Assembly: GCA_045594045.1 (NCBI GenBank)
Contig: JAZNXV010000034.1
Span: 1,075 to 65,074 of the forward strand
Direction: 5' to 3'
DNA: 64,000 nucleotides
From: Clostridia bacterium
GTDB taxonomy: Bacteria > Bacillota > Clostridia > Christensenellales > QALW01
The notes under the pieces were generated by a model. That model saw only the letters and a program-made list of their open reading frames with translations, was not told where the DNA came from and searched no databases. This document shows positions 36,312 through 45,995 of the stretch, one piece after another (positions within the stretch are counted from its first letter, which is position 1; each line of letters begins with the position of its first letter). The position numbers and the translations under genes were made by a program.

Positions 36312-37073
36312 ATGCAAAAAATAACAAGTACGTCTAACGAAAGAATTAAATTCTTAAAAAGCTTAAAAAATAAAAAGGCGAGAGAAGAAAGCGGTACTTA
36401 TCTGTTGGAAGGTAAGCGCGCAGTGCTTGATGCGCTAAATCATAACGTCAGGTTTAAGTGTCTTGTTGTTCAAGAAGGATATGAGCTTGATATAAAAGTT
36501 GAGTGTGACGTTATTTGCGTTCCGCGCCATATTATAGAAGCGCTTTCGTCTTGCTCAAGTCCCGAGGGCATAATTGCTCAGGCTATTATGAGCGATTTGA
36601 GCTTTGATGCAGAAAAATTACAGGGGTTAACGGTCTTTGTTGACCGACTGCAAGATGCAGGTAATTTAGGCACAATTATCCGTACCGCAGACGCGTTAGG
36701 TGCAGGGGCGGTGGTGCTCTCAAAGGACTGCGTTGAACTTTACAACCCCAAAACAATCAGGGCTACAATGAGCTCTGTTTTCAACATTCCCATAATGGTG
36801 GTAGAAGACAGTATTAAGGCTTTAGGGAAAATGAAAGCCCAAGGCTACAAAATATATTCTGCCGCATTAAACGGCAAGGATTTTTCTTTAGTAGGCGGTA
36901 TTGACAGTAATAAAAGCTGTATCATAATAGGTAACGAGGGCAACGGAATTTGCAAAGAAATTCTTGATTTTTCAGATGAAATAGTTACCTTGCAAATGCG
37001 CGGTGGTGCAGAATCGCTTAACGCGGGAATTGCCGCAGGTATCCTTATTTACAGTTTTATTTTTCAAAAATAG
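36312..37073 (+). CDS. TrmH/SpoU-family RNA 2'-O-methyltransferase (YsgA/RlmB-like)
   Basis: SpoU motifs [10 protein letters not shown] and [14 protein letters not shown]. It sits after rplT, as in Bacillus. Confidence 0.85.
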   Translation: MQKITSTSNERIKFLKSLKNKKAREESGTYLLEGKRAVLDALNHNVRFKCLVVQEGYELDIKVECDVICVPRHIIEALSSCSSPEGIIAQAIMSDLSFDAEKLQGLTVFVDRLQDAGNLGTIIRTADALGAGAVVLSKDCVELYNPKTIRATMSSVFNIPIMVVEDSIKALGKMKAQGYKIYSAALNGKDFSLVGGIDSNKSCIIIGNEGNGICKEILDFSDEIVTLQMRGGAESLNAGIAAGILIYSFIFQK

Positions 37074-37084
37074 GAGGAAATATT

Positions 37085-37831
37085 ATGTCAGGACATTCCA
37101 AATGGGCAAATATTAAAAATAAAAAAGCAAAAACAGACGCTCAAAAGGGTAAGATTTTTACAAAAATAGGTAGAGAATTGGCTGTTGCCGTTAAATCTGG
37201 CGGACCTGATCCTACAGTTAACTCAAAGCTTGCTGACGTAATTGCAAAAGCAAAGGCAAACAATATGCCTAACGATACCATTACCCGTAGCATCAAAAAG
37301 GCTTCGGGCGAGGGTGACGGTGCAAACTACGAAGAGCTTACATACGAAGGATATGGTCCTGCGGGCGTAGCAGTAATCGTTGAAATAGTTACCGATAACC
37401 GTAACCGTACCGCAGGTGAAATTCGTCATATCTTTGATAAAGCAGGCGGTTCAATGGGCGCAACAGGCTGTGTTTCATGGATGTTTGATAAAAAAGGCGT
37501 TATCGTTATTGAAAACGACGGCAAAATTGACGAAGAAACACTTATGATGAGCGCACTTGATGCAGGCGCAGAGGATTTTATTCCCGAAGGTGACACTTTT
37601 GAAATCTATACTGCACCTGAAGATTTTTCTGCTGTCAGACAAGCGCTTGAAAATGAAGGTTATGAGTTCCTTGAAGCGCAAACGGATATGGTGCCCCAAA
37701 ATACTGCGGCAGTATCAGGCGATGACGTGCTTAAAAAGATTTATTGGATGCTTGACCAATTTGATGAGCATGACGACGTTCAAAACGTTTATCATAATGC
37801 GGAGCTTCCTGAAGAAGACGAGGAAGAGTAA
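37085..37831 (+). CDS. yebC: YebC/PmpR-family DNA-binding regulator
   Basis: [27 protein letters not shown]... Confidence 0.9.
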   Translation: MSGHSKWANIKNKKAKTDAQKGKIFTKIGRELAVAVKSGGPDPTVNSKLADVIAKAKANNMPNDTITRSIKKASGEGDGANYEELTYEGYGPAGVAVIVEIVTDNRNRTAGEIRHIFDKAGGSMGATGCVSWMFDKKGVIVIENDGKIDEETLMMSALDAGAEDFIPEGDTFEIYTAPEDFSAVRQALENEGYEFLEAQTDMVPQNTAAVSGDDVLKKIYWMLDQFDEHDDVQNVYHNAELPEEDEEE

Positions 37832-37986
37832 TTTACAAAAGAATTTTTGCTTTTCTTATTAATTTAGTTTACAGTGCTTCGAACATAAAATCTGTATAAT
37901 TAAATTTTGTAACGGCAAAATAAGGGCAGAGGAAGACAAAAAAGTTTACCTCTGCCTATTTTATAGGAGTATGTTTATTTAACACA

Positions 37987-38928
37987 ATGACAACGTTTAT
38001 TATTATTTTAGCAAGCGTCTTAATACTGTTGTTTTTATGCTTGTTTGCTATATATTACAAGGCGTTTTACAATTCCAAATGGCGTATCCATATTACAAAA
38101 TACGTTGATGATGAAAAAGGTCAGTATAAAGAATATAAAGAACAACTGAAGGCTACAACCAAGGCAGTAGCACAGGAAGAAAACTTTGAGTGCGTAGAAA
38201 TTAAGTCCTTTGACGGTATAACGCTGTACGGCAGATACTATCACTACAATGATAATGCACCTACGGACATTATTTTCCACGGGTATCGCAGTAGTGCACT
38301 TCACGATTGCGGTGGCGGCTTTTTATTAGCTCGTGAGCTTGGCCACAACGTGCTTTTGCCGGACCAAAGGGCGCACGGTAAAAGTGGCGGTTGTACCATA
38401 ACCTTCGGCATTAAAGAAAGATACGACTGCTTGGCTTGGTGTAATTATATCAGCGAAAGAAGCTGCGGTGCGCCGATTATAATATCAGGCGTTTCTATGG
38501 GTGCTTCGACAGTTTTAATGGCAAGCGAGCTGCAGTTGCCCAAAAACGTTTTAGGGGTAATCGGGGACTGCGGGTTTTCTTCGCCAAAGGAAATCATTTT
38601 AAGCGAATGCGAAAAAATGGGCATCGCCCCCCGTATTGCAGAGCCCTTTATTAAGCTTGCCGCAAGGCTTTTTGGCGGTTTTAATTTGGAAGAAGCTGAC
38701 TGTATGCGCGCTGTAAAAAACACAAAATTGCCTATTCTTATCGTTCACGGTAAGGAAGACGGCTTCGTGCCTTGCTATATGGCAGAAAAGATTTTCGAAG
38801 CGGCAACGGGTGATAAAAAGCTGCTTGTGGTAGAAAAGGCTGACCACGGAATGAGCTTTTTGGTTGATGCGAAGGCTTACCGTAATGAAATTAACGATTT
38901 TAAAATTCGTGTTTTAAACAACAACTAA
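37987..38928 (+). CDS. membrane-anchored alpha/beta hydrolase
   Basis: N-terminal TM helix, nucleophile elbow GVSMGAS and a C-terminal HG region (VVEKADHGMSF). Confidence 0.75.
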   Translation: MTTFIIILASVLILLFLCLFAIYYKAFYNSKWRIHITKYVDDEKGQYKEYKEQLKATTKAVAQEENFECVEIKSFDGITLYGRYYHYNDNAPTDIIFHGYRSSALHDCGGGFLLARELGHNVLLPDQRAHGKSGGCTITFGIKERYDCLAWCNYISERSCGAPIIISGVSMGASTVLMASELQLPKNVLGVIGDCGFSSPKEIILSECEKMGIAPRIAEPFIKLAARLFGGFNLEEADCMRAVKNTKLPILIVHGKEDGFVPCYMAEKIFEAATGDKKLLVVEKADHGMSFLVDAKAYRNEINDFKIRVLNNN

Positions 38929-38970
38929 ATTGTATAAATTCTCTTAAAAAGTACATAATTAACATAAAGA

Positions 38971-39004
38971 AAACAAGGCTAAACCAAAGGTTTAGCCTTG
39001 TTTT
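38971..39004 (+). terminator. intrinsic terminator
   Basis: CAAGGCTAAACC pairs with GGTTTAGCCTTG, followed by TTTT. Confidence 0.8.
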
Positions 39005-39032
39005 GAAAAGTTAATTGAAAAGGGGAATTGTT

Positions 39033-39128
39033 GTGGGCTTTGTTTGGTTTATTGCAGGTTTGCTTTTGGGTGGATTTTTAGGGGCTACGGCACTGTGTAT
39101 CGTGCAAATTAACGCACTTAGAAAATAG
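39033..39128 (+). CDS. 31-aa small hydrophobic protein (from memory, DUF3789-like pattern)
   Basis: A GTG start follows AAGGGGAA. Translation: (M)GFVWFIAGLLLGGFLGATALCIVQINALRK*. A terminator follows at 39187-39218. This ORF is not in the ORF track. Confidence 0.3.
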   Translation: MGFVWFIAGLLLGGFLGATALCIVQINALRK

Positions 39129-39186
39129 GAACAAGTACGAAGATTACTTGGTTTTAGTAAAAAGGTATAACGATATTTTTTATGAA

Positions 39187-39218
39187 GCGGCATAATTTAA
39201 TTTATGCCGTTTTCTTTT
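39187..39218 (+). terminator. intrinsic terminator
   Basis: GCGGCATAA pairs with TTATGCCGT, followed by TTTCTTTT. Confidence 0.7.
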
Positions 39219-39297
39219 ATTTTTGCAAGAGCTATCGAAATATTTAAAGAAAGGCTTTATAACTGCAAAATTAAGGCAGATTATAATAACTTGTTAT

Positions 39298-39762
39298 CTA
39301 CATAAAAACTTTTGTGTTGTTATTTTTTCCTGTAACCTGTTGTTTCTTCTTTAATAACTCATTAATTTTTTTTGTGTTTCGCTTTATTATGGAATAGATA
39401 ATCAGCCATATAGCTAAATAACCAACAATAAAAATACCGGAAAAAACCAAAATTGGAATCGGGCTCCATTTTAACCAGTCGTTAAACAAATAAGTGGCTA
39501 AATAGCTGATGTATAGAATAACACCGTGAATTAAAACAGCAACCATCAATGGCAGTTGTTCAATTTGATAGATAGCGTTCATTGCGCCTGCGATGAACGC
39601 AAGGGCGGTTAATGAGAATATTCCGACACAAACTTGGTTAACGGTTAAAACTTCTATAATGCCTTGGCTTTGCAAAATCAGATATAATACGGACAAAACA
39701 ACGGGACCAATACCGCAGGCAATTATGCCGCGCCGTAAAAATTCAAAAACAAATTTTTTCAT
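39298..39762 (-). CDS. DUF3021-like membrane protein
   Basis: A four-TM protein of 154 aa. It overlaps the upstream LytTR gene by 4 nt, a common pairing. Confidence 0.65.
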   Translation of the reverse strand: MKKFVFEFLRRGIIACGIGPVVLSVLYLILQSQGIIEVLTVNQVCVGIFSLTALAFIAGAMNAIYQIEQLPLMVAVLIHGVILYISYLATYLFNDWLKWSPIPILVFSGIFIVGYLAIWLIIYSIIKRNTKKINELLKKKQQVTGKNNNTKVFM

Positions 39763-40202
39763 TTTGATTCATACCTCCTTTTGATTTCAGCAAAGCAACG
39801 TCTGGAAACGTATTCTCGGTATCCACATTGAAACACAGCGTCTACACCACCGCTGAATACAGCATTAAAACGCTTGATGCGATGCTCGTTGGCAAGAGTA
39901 GATTTATTGATGCGAATAAAATATGACGGTAAAATGTTTTCTAAATCTCGTAGCCTGTCTTGAACGCGGTAACGGTTGGATTCAGAGTCAATAGCGATTA
40001 CTTTTCTGTCAATAACGGTAATGCACTCTATTTCTTCAAAAGGTAGTTTACACAGTCCTTCATCTTTAAAACCCATAATACTGTCTGTGCCCGAGAAACT
40101 GCACACAAGATTTTCAATCTGTTGAGTCAGGGCAGACGGAGCGTGAACCTTTGCAATTATTTCTTCTTCTGCATTTTTGTCAATAATGAGTTTATATTTC
40201 AT
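39759..40202 (-). CDS. LytTR-domain DNA-binding protein
   Basis: The C-terminal FIRINKSTLANEHRIKRF...YVSRR is typical of the LytTR domain. No receiver domain is present. Confidence 0.75.
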   Translation of the reverse strand: MKYKLIIDKNAEEEIIAKVHAPSALTQQIENLVCSFSGTDSIMGFKDEGLCKLPFEEIECITVIDRKVIAIDSESNRYRVQDRLRDLENILPSYFIRINKSTLANEHRIKRFNAVFSGGVDAVFQCGYREYVSRRCFAEIKRRYESK

Positions 40203-40214
40203 ATTTTCAAATCC

Positions 40215-40946
40215 TTACTGTTTTTTCATTTGCCTAAGAAAACATAATACAGCTATAGTAGTTATAAGCGAGCAGTAAATAAAAATAGGCAAAATGTGTG
40301 AAAATGCAAGTTCAAAATTTCCGTTTAACAATGCTTTTTCAGTTTCCACTGCGTGCACAAAAGGTAGTATACGGGCCAATTTTTCGAAAAAACCACCTAC
40401 AAGCTTTAAATCAAACCACACTCCTGAAAACCAAGCGGAAAGGTTTGTAAACAGTGCGCCGCAGATACCGCCAACCTGTTTAACGCCTAAAATACTGCCG
40501 CATAACAGTCCTAAAGCAATATTGAAAATAGCCATAGGTATTATACCTATAACGGCATAAACAATATTGATACTGAAAGTCAAGCCTAAAGGTATTGCGA
40601 ACAGGTAACAGATAATTGTTTGTCCAAGCGCTATAGGCAAAATTGGGAGCATATATCCTATGATAAAGTCAAGGGCAGTAAGTGGGGTGGTGTATAATCT
40701 TTGAGTGAACGAGCTCTCTCGGTCTTTGGCAATTAAGGTTGCAGAGAAAAGCGTCATAAAAGACAGACCAAATACGGTAATACCAGGGGTTAAAGCATTA
40801 ATTTCGAATAAATGCACAGGAATATTTGCCTGCAGGCTACTTAAAAGTAATAATAACACAATAGGAAACCCTAATCCAAAACAGAGATTAATTGGGTCGC
40901 GCAGGATTTCTTTTGCGCATCTTTTGGCGAAGGTAAACATTTTCAT
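40215..40946 (-). CDS. ABC-2-type transporter permease
   Basis: A six-TM protein of 243 aa. It overlaps the upstream ATPase gene by 4 nt. Confidence 0.8.
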   Translation of the reverse strand: MKMFTFAKRCAKEILRDPINLCFGLGFPIVLLLLLSSLQANIPVHLFEINALTPGITVFGLSFMTLFSATLIAKDRESSFTQRLYTTPLTALDFIIGYMLPILPIALGQTIICYLFAIPLGLTFSINIVYAVIGIIPMAIFNIALGLLCGSILGVKQVGGICGALFTNLSAWFSGVWFDLKLVGGFFEKLARILPFVHAVETEKALLNGNFELAFSHILPIFIYCSLITTIAVLCFLRQMKKQ

Positions 40947-41671
40947 ACTGTAGCCTCCCCTGCAATAGAAACGAAGGCGGCTTCAAAATCGTTTGTTTGA
41001 GCAAAAGCATTTAACTCTTCTGCTGTACCTACTGCAAGAAGACAGCCGTTTTTCATAATGCCGATTCGGTCGGAAAGAGCTTCCGCTTCGTTCATATAAT
41101 GAGTAGTGAGTATAATAGTTATTTTGCCTTTTAAACTGCAAATTATATTCCAAAGCTCATGCCGTGCAATAACGTCTAAGCCAAGAGTAGGTTCATCTAA
41201 AAAAAGAATTTTAGGCTCACTGATAAGCGCCATAGCGATGCTTACACGGCGCTGAAAGCCGCCGGATAATTTACTCGCTTTTTTATTTAAAACGTCACCT
41301 AGACAAAATTGCTCGGAAAGCTCACATATTTTGCACTTTGTTTTTTCTTTTGAAAAACCGTGAATACCGCAAATCAATTCAAGGTTTTCTTTTACAGACA
41401 GGTTTGTTGCTATTGCAGTTTCTTGGGGTGACACTCCGATAAACTGTTTCACCAGTTCCGGCTGTTTGATTATACTATAACCACCCACAAAAGCATCACC
41501 GTCAGATGGTTTTGTTAAGCAGGTTAGCATTTTTATTGTTGTAGTTTTTCCTGCGCCATTAACACCTAATAAAGAAAACAGTTCGCCCTGCTTAATTTCT
41601 AAATTGAGCTTGTTTACGGCTATCAACTTTTTGTACTGCTTAGCAAGCTCTACTGTTTTAATAGTATACAT
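40943..41671 (-). CDS. ABC transporter ATP-binding protein
   Basis: Motifs GVNGAGKTTT, LSGGFQRRVSIAMAL and LFLDEPTLGLD. Confidence 0.9.
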   Translation of the reverse strand: MYTIKTVELAKQYKKLIAVNKLNLEIKQGELFSLLGVNGAGKTTTIKMLTCLTKPSDGDAFVGGYSIIKQPELVKQFIGVSPQETAIATNLSVKENLELICGIHGFSKEKTKCKICELSEQFCLGDVLNKKASKLSGGFQRRVSIAMALISEPKILFLDEPTLGLDVIARHELWNIICSLKGKITIILTTHYMNEAEALSDRIGIMKNGCLLAVGTAEELNAFAQTNDFEAAFVSIAGEATV

Positions 41672-41847
41672 TTAGCATATTCTCCCTTCTGTTTATAAAA
41701 TTATTATATCAAATAAAAAAGGAGAAATGTAGGCTTTTGTCTGTTCGGTCGTTTTTAGAGCCTCATCGGCTTTATAATCTGGCATTGATAACTTTATTTG
41801 ATGCTTGCTTGCATAAAAACTGCTCTATATTAGTGTTTTGATTGTTT

Positions 41848-41876
41848 AAAAAAGCACCCATAAAGGTGCTTTTTTT
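41848..41876. terminator. bidirectional intrinsic terminator
   Basis: AAAAAAGCACC-CATAAA-GGTGCTTTTTTT. Confidence 0.75.
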
Positions 41877-41878
41877 GT

Positions 41879-42291
41879 TTAACACATATTATTTTCATAT
41901 TTAAGTTTTACGTAACCTACACCGTTAACGCCGTCTTGTTCAAACCAATAGGTAAGTAAAAGCGTATAATCACTCCACCAATTCTCGCCGGGCACATCAA
42001 TATCTACTGCCATACCTGCAACGCTTATTCTACCGTCATCGGTGTTGCGAACGGAAACAAAAATGCAAAGCTTACCAATGTATTCGGGCTAAAGAGGGCG
42101 CGGCTCACCCCAAGAAAAACCGTCGTCGGAGTATGAAGCCATGGGAACAAAATCATTTGTGCCGGGGCGCGATTCTTTGTTGAATACACAAATATATTTT
42201 CCGTCAGGCAGCAAAGCGGTGCGCGATCCGGAAAAAAGGTGTTTTTTTCACTTGTCGAATAAACAACACCTTCCTCAATAACTTTAAGCAT
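41879..42291 (-). pseudogene. decayed BNR/Asp-box (sialidase-like) gene fragment
   Basis: ATG at 42291 follows AAGAGG and gives MLKVIEEGVVYSTSEK. After the A7 run (42248-42242) the protein-like reading continues in another frame as KHLFSGSRTALLPDGKYICVFNKESRPGTNDFVPMASYSDDGFSWGEPRPL. An in-frame TAG follows, then PEYIGKLCIFVSVRNTDDGRISVAGM...KLKYENNMC*. The SxDxGxxW Asp-box is visible. Confidence 0.55.
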
Positions 42292-42486
42292 AACAATACC
42301 TCTTTGTTCTACAATTACGGATATTATGTAATATTTACTATCAAAAGTCAAGAAAAATATGCGCTGCATTAAAAATTAGTTGCAGATGAGTAGCTTGAAA
42401 TTTTTAGCGCAATAAAAATAATGTATAGCAAAAAATAAAGAAATATGGTAAAATATAAGCACTTAAAAATATGTACGGAGGTAAAA

Positions 42487-43392
42487 ATGGAACTGCTGTA
42501 TTTTCTTGAAAGCATACGCAACAGCATTTTAGATTTTTTCTTTTTAGCCGTAACAACTTTAGGCGAAGAAGTTTTGTTCATTGTAGTAGGTTTAATATTC
42601 TTGTGGTGCGTAAACAAAAAGGAAGGTTATTATTTGCTTATAATGGGCTTATTCGGCACCGTAATAAATCAGTTCTTGAAAATTGCATTCAGAATACCGC
42701 GTCCTTGGGTGATTGATAGTAAATTTACCGTTGTTGAAGGCGCAAAGGAAGCTGCTACAGGGTATTCGTTTCCCAGTGGTCACACACAGGTGGGCGTAGG
42801 AATGTACGGCGGTCTTGCAAGGTGGAACAAAAACAAATGGGCGAGAATTATAACAATAATAATTGCCGTTTTAATTCCGCTTTCGAGAATGTATTTAGGA
42901 GTACACACACCTTTAGACGTAGGCGTATCTATTTTAATTGCATTAGCGCTTATTTTTGTTTTGCATCCCATAATAAATTCTGAAAAACAAAGCTATATGC
43001 ACATTTTGTTTGGTGTTATACTTTTGATAGGCGTTGGATTTTTGTGTTACGTAAACTTTTATAATTTTCCTCAGGAAACCGATTTTAGTGAAATTGCGCA
43101 CAGCTTGGAAAACGCCTGCAAAATGCTCGGCTGTGTAAGCGGTGTATGGCTTTCGTATGCAGTTGATACAAGGTTTATTAAGTACGAAACAAAGGCGAAG
43201 CTCTTTAAACAAATTTTAAAGGTGTTTATAGGCATACTTCCTATAATAGCAATAAAAACGTTTTTAAAGGAACCGCTTTATATGCTCGTAGGCAACCAGA
43301 ATATCGCTGATTTTATCAGATATTTTCTGTTTACCGTTTTCGGCGGTTGTGTTTGGCCGCTGACGTTTAAGTTTTTCAGCAAGAATAAATAA
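42487..43392 (+). CDS. PAP2-family phosphatase with extra C-terminal TM domain
   Basis: Motifs KIAFRIPRP, PSGHT and SRMYLGVHTPLDV. The start is trimmed to ATG 42487 behind GGAGG. Confidence 0.85.
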   Translation: MELLYFLESIRNSILDFFFLAVTTLGEEVLFIVVGLIFLWCVNKKEGYYLLIMGLFGTVINQFLKIAFRIPRPWVIDSKFTVVEGAKEAATGYSFPSGHTQVGVGMYGGLARWNKNKWARIITIIIAVLIPLSRMYLGVHTPLDVGVSILIALALIFVLHPIINSEKQSYMHILFGVILLIGVGFLCYVNFYNFPQETDFSEIAHSLENACKMLGCVSGVWLSYAVDTRFIKYETKAKLFKQILKVFIGILPIIAIKTFLKEPLYMLVGNQNIADFIRYFLFTVFGGCVWPLTFKFFSKNK

Positions 43393-43395
43393 TAT

Positions 43396-43424
43396 AAAGA
43401 GCTCTGCAGTGCAGAGCTTTTTTA
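43396..43424. terminator. bidirectional intrinsic terminator
   Basis: AAAGAGCTCTGC-AGT-GCAGAGCTTTTTT lies between convergent genes. Confidence 0.75.
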
Positions 43425-43430
43425 GTTATA

Positions 43431-43958
43431 TTATTCTAACCCATAACGGTTAGTGGTTGGATCTTTGAAAATAGGTATCTCGGGGGTAGCAAAGGTAAAA
43501 AGCACAAAAGCGAGGGCAATAATACATAAAACAATAAAAGATGCCGCTTGTGCAAGAGGAGAGGAATCCTTTTTGTTAAATGTGCGGGTTTCGTAAATAT
43601 AGGTGATTGCCGCGGCAATATAAAAAATGCTTATATTGATCCAATCGGGTGTTTTACCAAATACGCCGTTAAAGGTGTAAAACAAAACGGGAATAACAAT
43701 CAGCCCCAACAAAATACCTTTAAGCTTTACGCACCAAAAATTTGAAACGTCCTTCTTAATAAAAAAACTTTCGAAGATTGCAAAGGCGAACATAGGAAAG
43801 AAAAGTATTTTCATATGCTCCCAGGTGGATTCGTTAACTGCTGTAAACGGTGCTAATATAAGGCTATTTGTCCAATCGAACAAAAAGTGGGAAAGTGTAC
43901 CTAAAAAGGCTGTAATTGCGAAGCCTGCAAACTGCCATAGTGAAAGATTTTTTCTCAT
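43431..43958 (-). CDS. hypothetical polytopic membrane protein
   Basis: The 175-aa protein has 5 TM helices and a conserved-looking NESTWEHMK segment. Confidence 0.6.
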   Translation of the reverse strand: MRKNLSLWQFAGFAITAFLGTLSHFLFDWTNSLILAPFTAVNESTWEHMKILFFPMFAFAIFESFFIKKDVSNFWCVKLKGILLGLIVIPVLFYTFNGVFGKTPDWINISIFYIAAAITYIYETRTFNKKDSSPLAQAASFIVLCIIALAFVLFTFATPEIPIFKDPTTNRYGLE

Positions 43959-44129
43959 ATTCTACGTCCTAACAAAATTTTTAAAATAATCTTTATATAG
44001 TTTATTACGAAAAGTGTTTGTTTATGCGAGTTTATTATACATAAAAATGTGCGTAATGTTTTAACCAATAAAATTTTATATTCATACAATATATTAGGTG
44101 TTTTATTTCACCTAAAAGGAGAATTTAAT

Positions 44130-44894
44130 ATGGCTGAGGTTGTGAGGCTTGAAAGCATAAGCAAATTTTATCACACAAAAAGCGGAGAAACCGAAGCGTT
44201 AAGAAATATAAGTTTTTCCGTAAACGAAAAAGAATTTGTTTCTATAATAGGGCCGTCGGGATGCGGTAAATCTACCGTACTGTCCATTATTGCAGGGCTC
44301 GAAAAGAATTCCGCCGGCAATATTTATATACATTCAAAAAAACAAACCGATAAAAGCGGTCATATAGGATATATGCTGCAGCAGGACCATCTTTTTCCGT
44401 GGCTTACCGTTAAGCAAAATGCTTTGTTAGGGCTGGATATTCGTCACGAAAAAACTCCTGAAGCCCAAAGGAGAGTTGATAAGCTTTTGAAGCAATATGA
44501 GCTTGAAGGCTTTGCAAATGCCTATCCAAAGCAGCTCTCGGGCGGTATGCGGCAAAGGGTAGCGTTAATACGAACTCTTGCCATAGACCCCGCCGTATTG
44601 CTTTTAGACGAACCCTTTTCGGCGCTTGATTACCAAACGAGGTTGGCAGTATCTGATGATATACATTCTATTATTAAAATGCAAGGGAAAACGGCGATAT
44701 TGGTAACGCATGATATATCGGAAGCTATTAGTATGAGTGATAGGGTAATTGTGCTTTCAAAAAGACCTGCCGTAGTTAAAAATATAGTTGAAATTAAGCT
44801 TTCGGGGGAACAAACGCCTATTGCGCGGCGTAAAGCACCTGAATTTTCAAGCTATTTTCAGCTTTTGTGGGAGGAGCTGCACGAAAATGACTGA
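44130..44894 (+). CDS. ABC importer ATP-binding protein (NitT/TauT family)
   Basis: Motifs GPSGCGKST, LSGGMRQRVALIRTL and LLLDEPFSALD. The start is trimmed to ATG 44130 behind AAGGAG. Confidence 0.9.
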   Translation: MAEVVRLESISKFYHTKSGETEALRNISFSVNEKEFVSIIGPSGCGKSTVLSIIAGLEKNSAGNIYIHSKKQTDKSGHIGYMLQQDHLFPWLTVKQNALLGLDIRHEKTPEAQRRVDKLLKQYELEGFANAYPKQLSGGMRQRVALIRTLAIDPAVLLLDEPFSALDYQTRLAVSDDIHSIIKMQGKTAILVTHDISEAISMSDRVIVLSKRPAVVKNIVEIKLSGEQTPIARRKAPEFSSYFQLLWEELHEND

Positions 44895-45684
44895 ATATTC
44901 TCTTGAACATAGGCTTTTTTTAAAAAACGAAAAAAAGCAAAAGATAATTAAGGTTTCCCTGCAAATTGCGATTCTTGTGATGTTTTTCGTGCTTTGGGAG
45001 CTGCTTACACAGTTTAAAATAATCAATCCCTTTATATTTTCTTCGCCCTCAAGGTGTGCAAAAATGCTTGGGACTCTGCTTGGAACGGGGCTTATGGAGC
45101 ATATAGGGATAACTCTTTTTGAAACTCTTGCCGGCTTCTTTTTAGGCAGTGTATTAGGCTTCTTTATTGCGGTCGTTCTGTGGTGGTCGCCTATGACGCG
45201 CGCAGTTCTTGACCCGTATTTAGTCGTTATAAACAGCTTGCCTAAAATAGCGCTCGGGCCGATTATTATTGTTTGGGTGGGTGCGGGAATAAGCTCTATA
45301 ATAACGGTTACGCTGTTAATTTCAATAGTCGTTGCCATAATAGGAGTTTTAAACGGCTTTAGCGAGGTTGAAGATGCAAAGCTAACCCTCTTAAAAACCT
45401 TTGGGGCAACAAAAAGACAGCTGTTTTTTAAGGTTGTGTTTCCGGCAAGCATTCCTACAACGGTTTCGGTGTTAAAGCTTAATATCGGTATGTCCTGGGT
45501 AGGTGTTATAGTGGGCGAATTTCTAAATTCCAAAGCAGGCCTAGGTTATTTAATTGTTTACGGCGGTCAAGTATTCAAAATGGATATTGTTATGACCGCA
45601 ACGTTAATACTGTGCTTGCTTTCTGCGGTTATGTATTTTCTTGTGGTAGCGTTAGAAAGGGCTGTGCTAAAAAAGCGCGGATAG
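44887..45684 (+). CDS. ABC importer permease (NitT/TauT family)
   Basis: ATG at 44887 overlaps the upstream stop (ATGACTGA). The permease core reads LPKIALGPIIIVWVG...TFGATKRQLFFKVVFPASIP. Confidence 0.85.
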   Translation: MTEYSLEHRLFLKNEKKQKIIKVSLQIAILVMFFVLWELLTQFKIINPFIFSSPSRCAKMLGTLLGTGLMEHIGITLFETLAGFFLGSVLGFFIAVVLWWSPMTRAVLDPYLVVINSLPKIALGPIIIVWVGAGISSIITVTLLISIVVAIIGVLNGFSEVEDAKLTLLKTFGATKRQLFFKVVFPASIPTTVSVLKLNIGMSWVGVIVGEFLNSKAGLGYLIVYGGQVFKMDIVMTATLILCLLSAVMYFLVVALERAVLKKRG

Positions 45685-45827
45685 CCTAAAATAGACACTA
45701 CGGTTAATTATACCCCAAAAATCTATAATTTTTTGTTGTGCGAATGTGAAGGTGATACCGTCTTTGCATTCGCATAAATTTTTAAAAGAATAGTAAGAAT
45801 GCATTTTAAAATTGAATAAAAAAGTAG

Positions 45828-45856
45828 TTGCAAAAAAAACAAGACTGTTGTATAAT
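45828..45856 (+). promoter_or_regulatory. sigma-A-type promoter of tRNA-Thr
   Basis: TTGCAA (45828-33), a 17-nt spacer, then TATAAT (45851-56). Confidence 0.6.
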
Positions 45857-45874
45857 AAGCACGTTATGAATAGT

Positions 45875-45951
45875 GCTGATGTAGCTCAGTAGGTAGAGCG
45901 CATCCTTGGTAAGGATGAGGTTCACGAGTTCGACTCTCGTCATCAGCTCCA
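45875..45951 (+). tRNA. tRNA-Thr (anticodon GGT), CCA encoded
   Basis: Folded by hand. Acceptor GCTGATG/CATCAGC, D arm GCTC/GAGC and anticodon stem CATCC/GGATG with loop TTGGTAA. T arm ACGAG-TTCGACT-CTCGT and a 3' TCCA. Confidence 0.85.
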
Positions 45952-45954
45952 ACA

Positions 45955-45980
45955 CCCCTGGTAATCCAGGGGTATTTTTT
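45955..45980 (+). terminator. intrinsic terminator
   Basis: CCCCTGG-TAAT-CCAGGGG followed by TATTTTTT. Confidence 0.85.
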
Positions 45981-45995
45981 CAGTAGGAGTTAGAA

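Noticed and set aside
39011-39193. 60-aa minus-strand ORF.
   Set aside because: It has no RBS and overlaps the better-supported plus-strand micro-ORF and two plus-strand terminators.
42369-42617. 82-aa minus-strand ORF upstream of the BNR pseudogene.
   Set aside because: It is antisense to the promoter and 5' end of the PAP2 gene, and its translation is low-complexity and Lys/Ile/Phe-rich, typical of AT-rich non-coding DNA.
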